64,000 bases of DNA. Source: an uncultured Porphyromonas sp. (GTDB lineage: Bacteria > Bacteroidota > Bacteroidia > Bacteroidales > Porphyromonadaceae). The position numbers were made by a program, and so were the translations under genes. The notes under the pieces were generated by a model, which had not been told where the DNA came from, ran no database searches, and worked only from the letters and a program-made list of their open reading frames with translations. Where the stretch lies: NCBI GenBank assembly GCA_902490315.1, contig CABUDK010000001.1, forward strand, positions 1,405 through 65,404, in the 5' to 3' direction. The first letter of the stretch is position 1. Every line of letters begins with the position of its first letter. Shown piece by piece: positions 62,565 to 64,000 of the stretch.

Positions 62565-64000
62565 ATGAAAAAACTAGCATCGTTTCTACTTCTGACTGTG
62601 TTGGTACTCTCCTGTCGTACCACAGAGCCAACGTCTGACCCATCTGCTGAAAATAGAGAAACAGTAGAGTTTACAGCAACCCCAGCAAGCTTCTCTTTAA
62701 AAGGAGGCAAGGGAGTTGTGGAGGGAGTGATCAGAGAGATTACTCCTGATGGAAAGGTGGTAAAGGAGACTCCTATTGATAAGGAGGACTTTACATTAAG
62801 GCTAAAGAGTGGCGATGCTACTCAACTCTCTCTTGATGAAAAGGCTAAGGTCTATACCGTAGCAGAAGGAATATCTGCTACTTTTGAGATTGAAGCCGAG
62901 GTTACTAGAGGAACTCAGAAAGGATTCAAACAAACTCTAACTGTCATAAGAGGTGGTGAGATCACCTACACATTTGTTGCTACTCCAACTCTCTTTACTG
63001 CTGAGGGTGGAGTGGGACAAGTGATAGGGAAAAAGAAGATTACCGATATATCAGGTGCCACGATAGAGGAACGCCTATTAGAGAATAGTGAGTTTACGCT
63101 AACCCTCAAAAAGGGTGAAGCCATTGACATCTCAGTTGATGATGTGGCCAAAAGCTTTACTGTACACGAAGGCAATACAGCCCTTTTTGAGCTGGAGGCT
63201 ATCGCAAAAGGAAGTGACACACCTCAAGAGATAGAAGTGAGTCGAGAGGGGTCAATTACTTATACTTTTGAAGCTCATCCCAACAACTTCACATCTGAAG
63301 GTGGTGAAGGGGAGATAAGAGGTAGCTATGTCTTAAAAGATATCCTGGGCAACTCTCTTGCGACTAAGGTCCTTCCAAATGAGGCCTACAATCTGTCGCT
63401 TAAGTCTGGCGATGCCAATCAAGTTACTTTGGATAATGCAAAAAAGCGATTTACGATCAAGAGTGGAGAAAAGGAAGAGACATTTGTGTTTGAAGCCAAA
63501 CCATTTACAACAGGCTCTGTCGCCTTGGAGATTACGATTCACCGTGATGCGGTAAAGGTGCCAAAGGTTGTACTTCCCTTGGAGTATCTGACAGAGTTCA
63601 ACATCAATGCAACAGGTACAGGCTTTGTGACAAGTCACGCCAAAGATGCTTCGGGCTACTTCTCTTGGAATGATGCTGTGGCTAAATTCTCTAGTATCGT
63701 GATAGATGGCAAGAACTATCACCTTCCTAGCAAGCAAGAGTGGCTAGCCATTATACCCAGCTATGCTGAAGACAACGGCTCTGATTACATTGTATGGGAG
63801 GAGAGTGATAGCCGTAAAAATGTTGTGGAAAACGTAGTCGTCTCAGGGAAAAATATCTCTTCTAAGAATGACTACCTTTCTGACGGTAACTACTGTACTT
63901 ATGCGCTACGCTTTAAAGAAACAAACCTCGTGTCAGCGTGGAAGTATGAGTATCTAAAGAATCCTTCTGGAGGTTACTGGATGAAGATATCCTGCAAGAA
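62565..64000 (+). CDS. Lipoprotein with three ~97-aa tandem beta-rich repeats and a further domain; partial, runs off the window; absent from the ORF track
   Basis: Hand translation open for 478 codons: MKKLASFLLLTVLVLSC lipobox; repeats start VEFTATPASF/YTFVATPTLF/YTFEAHPNNF with a shared L.LK.G.A; then LPLEYLTEFN...YHLPSKQEW. Confidence 0.85.
   Translation, partial: MKKLASFLLLTVLVLSCRTTEPTSDPSAENRETVEFTATPASFSLKGGKGVVEGVIREITPDGKVVKETPIDKEDFTLRLKSGDATQLSLDEKAKVYTVAEGISATFEIEAEVTRGTQKGFKQTLTVIRGGEITYTFVATPTLFTAEGGVGQVIGKKKITDISGATIEERLLENSEFTLTLKKGEAIDISVDDVAKSFTVHEGNTALFELEAIAKGSDTPQEIEVSREGSITYTFEAHPNNFTSEGGEGEIRGSYVLKDILGNSLATKVLPNEAYNLSLKSGDANQVTLDNAKKRFTIKSGEKEETFVFEAKPFTTGSVALEITIHRDAVKVPKVVLPLEYLTEFNINATGTGFVTSHAKDASGYFSWNDAVAKFSSIVIDGKNYHLPSKQEWLAIIPSYAEDNGSDYIVWEESDSRKNVVENVVVSGKNISSKNDYLSDGNYCTYALRFKETNLVSAWKYEYLKNPSGGYWMKISCK

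Overview
Bacteroidales chromosomal window, most consistent with a Porphyromonas species: TAnnTTTG promoters, type IX secretion (T9SS) cargo proteins, PtpA, methionine gamma-lyase and a complete nqrA-F operon. Most of it is housekeeping (aspS, tyrS, pheS, tilS, purD, purN, acpP-fabF-rnc, dnaX, nth, tkt, rnhA, rpsO, tRNA-Gly, tRNA-Pro). Interspersed are surface-protein genes: two LRR T9SS proteins, a lower-GC cleaved-adhesin protein, and a repeat lipoprotein running off the right end that the ORF track misses. The most unusual signal is non-coding. (1) A dispersed 180-210 bp element made of a 13-bp palindrome (TTCYTCNGARGAA) phased every 21-22 bp occurs seven times in 64 kb. (2) Two of those copies sit inside a ~372 bp MITE with 19-bp CAGGG-ended TIRs, one with a perfect 10-bp target duplication. 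(3) GTAG-type REP doublets and heptamer repeats lie next to promoters. (4) Candidate structured RNAs lie upstream of tRNA-Gly, corA (with a Pro-rich uORF), rpsO and rnc. (5) A ~1.4 kb cargo is bracketed by 436-bp, ~95% identical copies of a gene 3' end. No transposase, integrase, CRISPR array or rRNA was seen. All family calls are from motif recognition by eye, not database searches.
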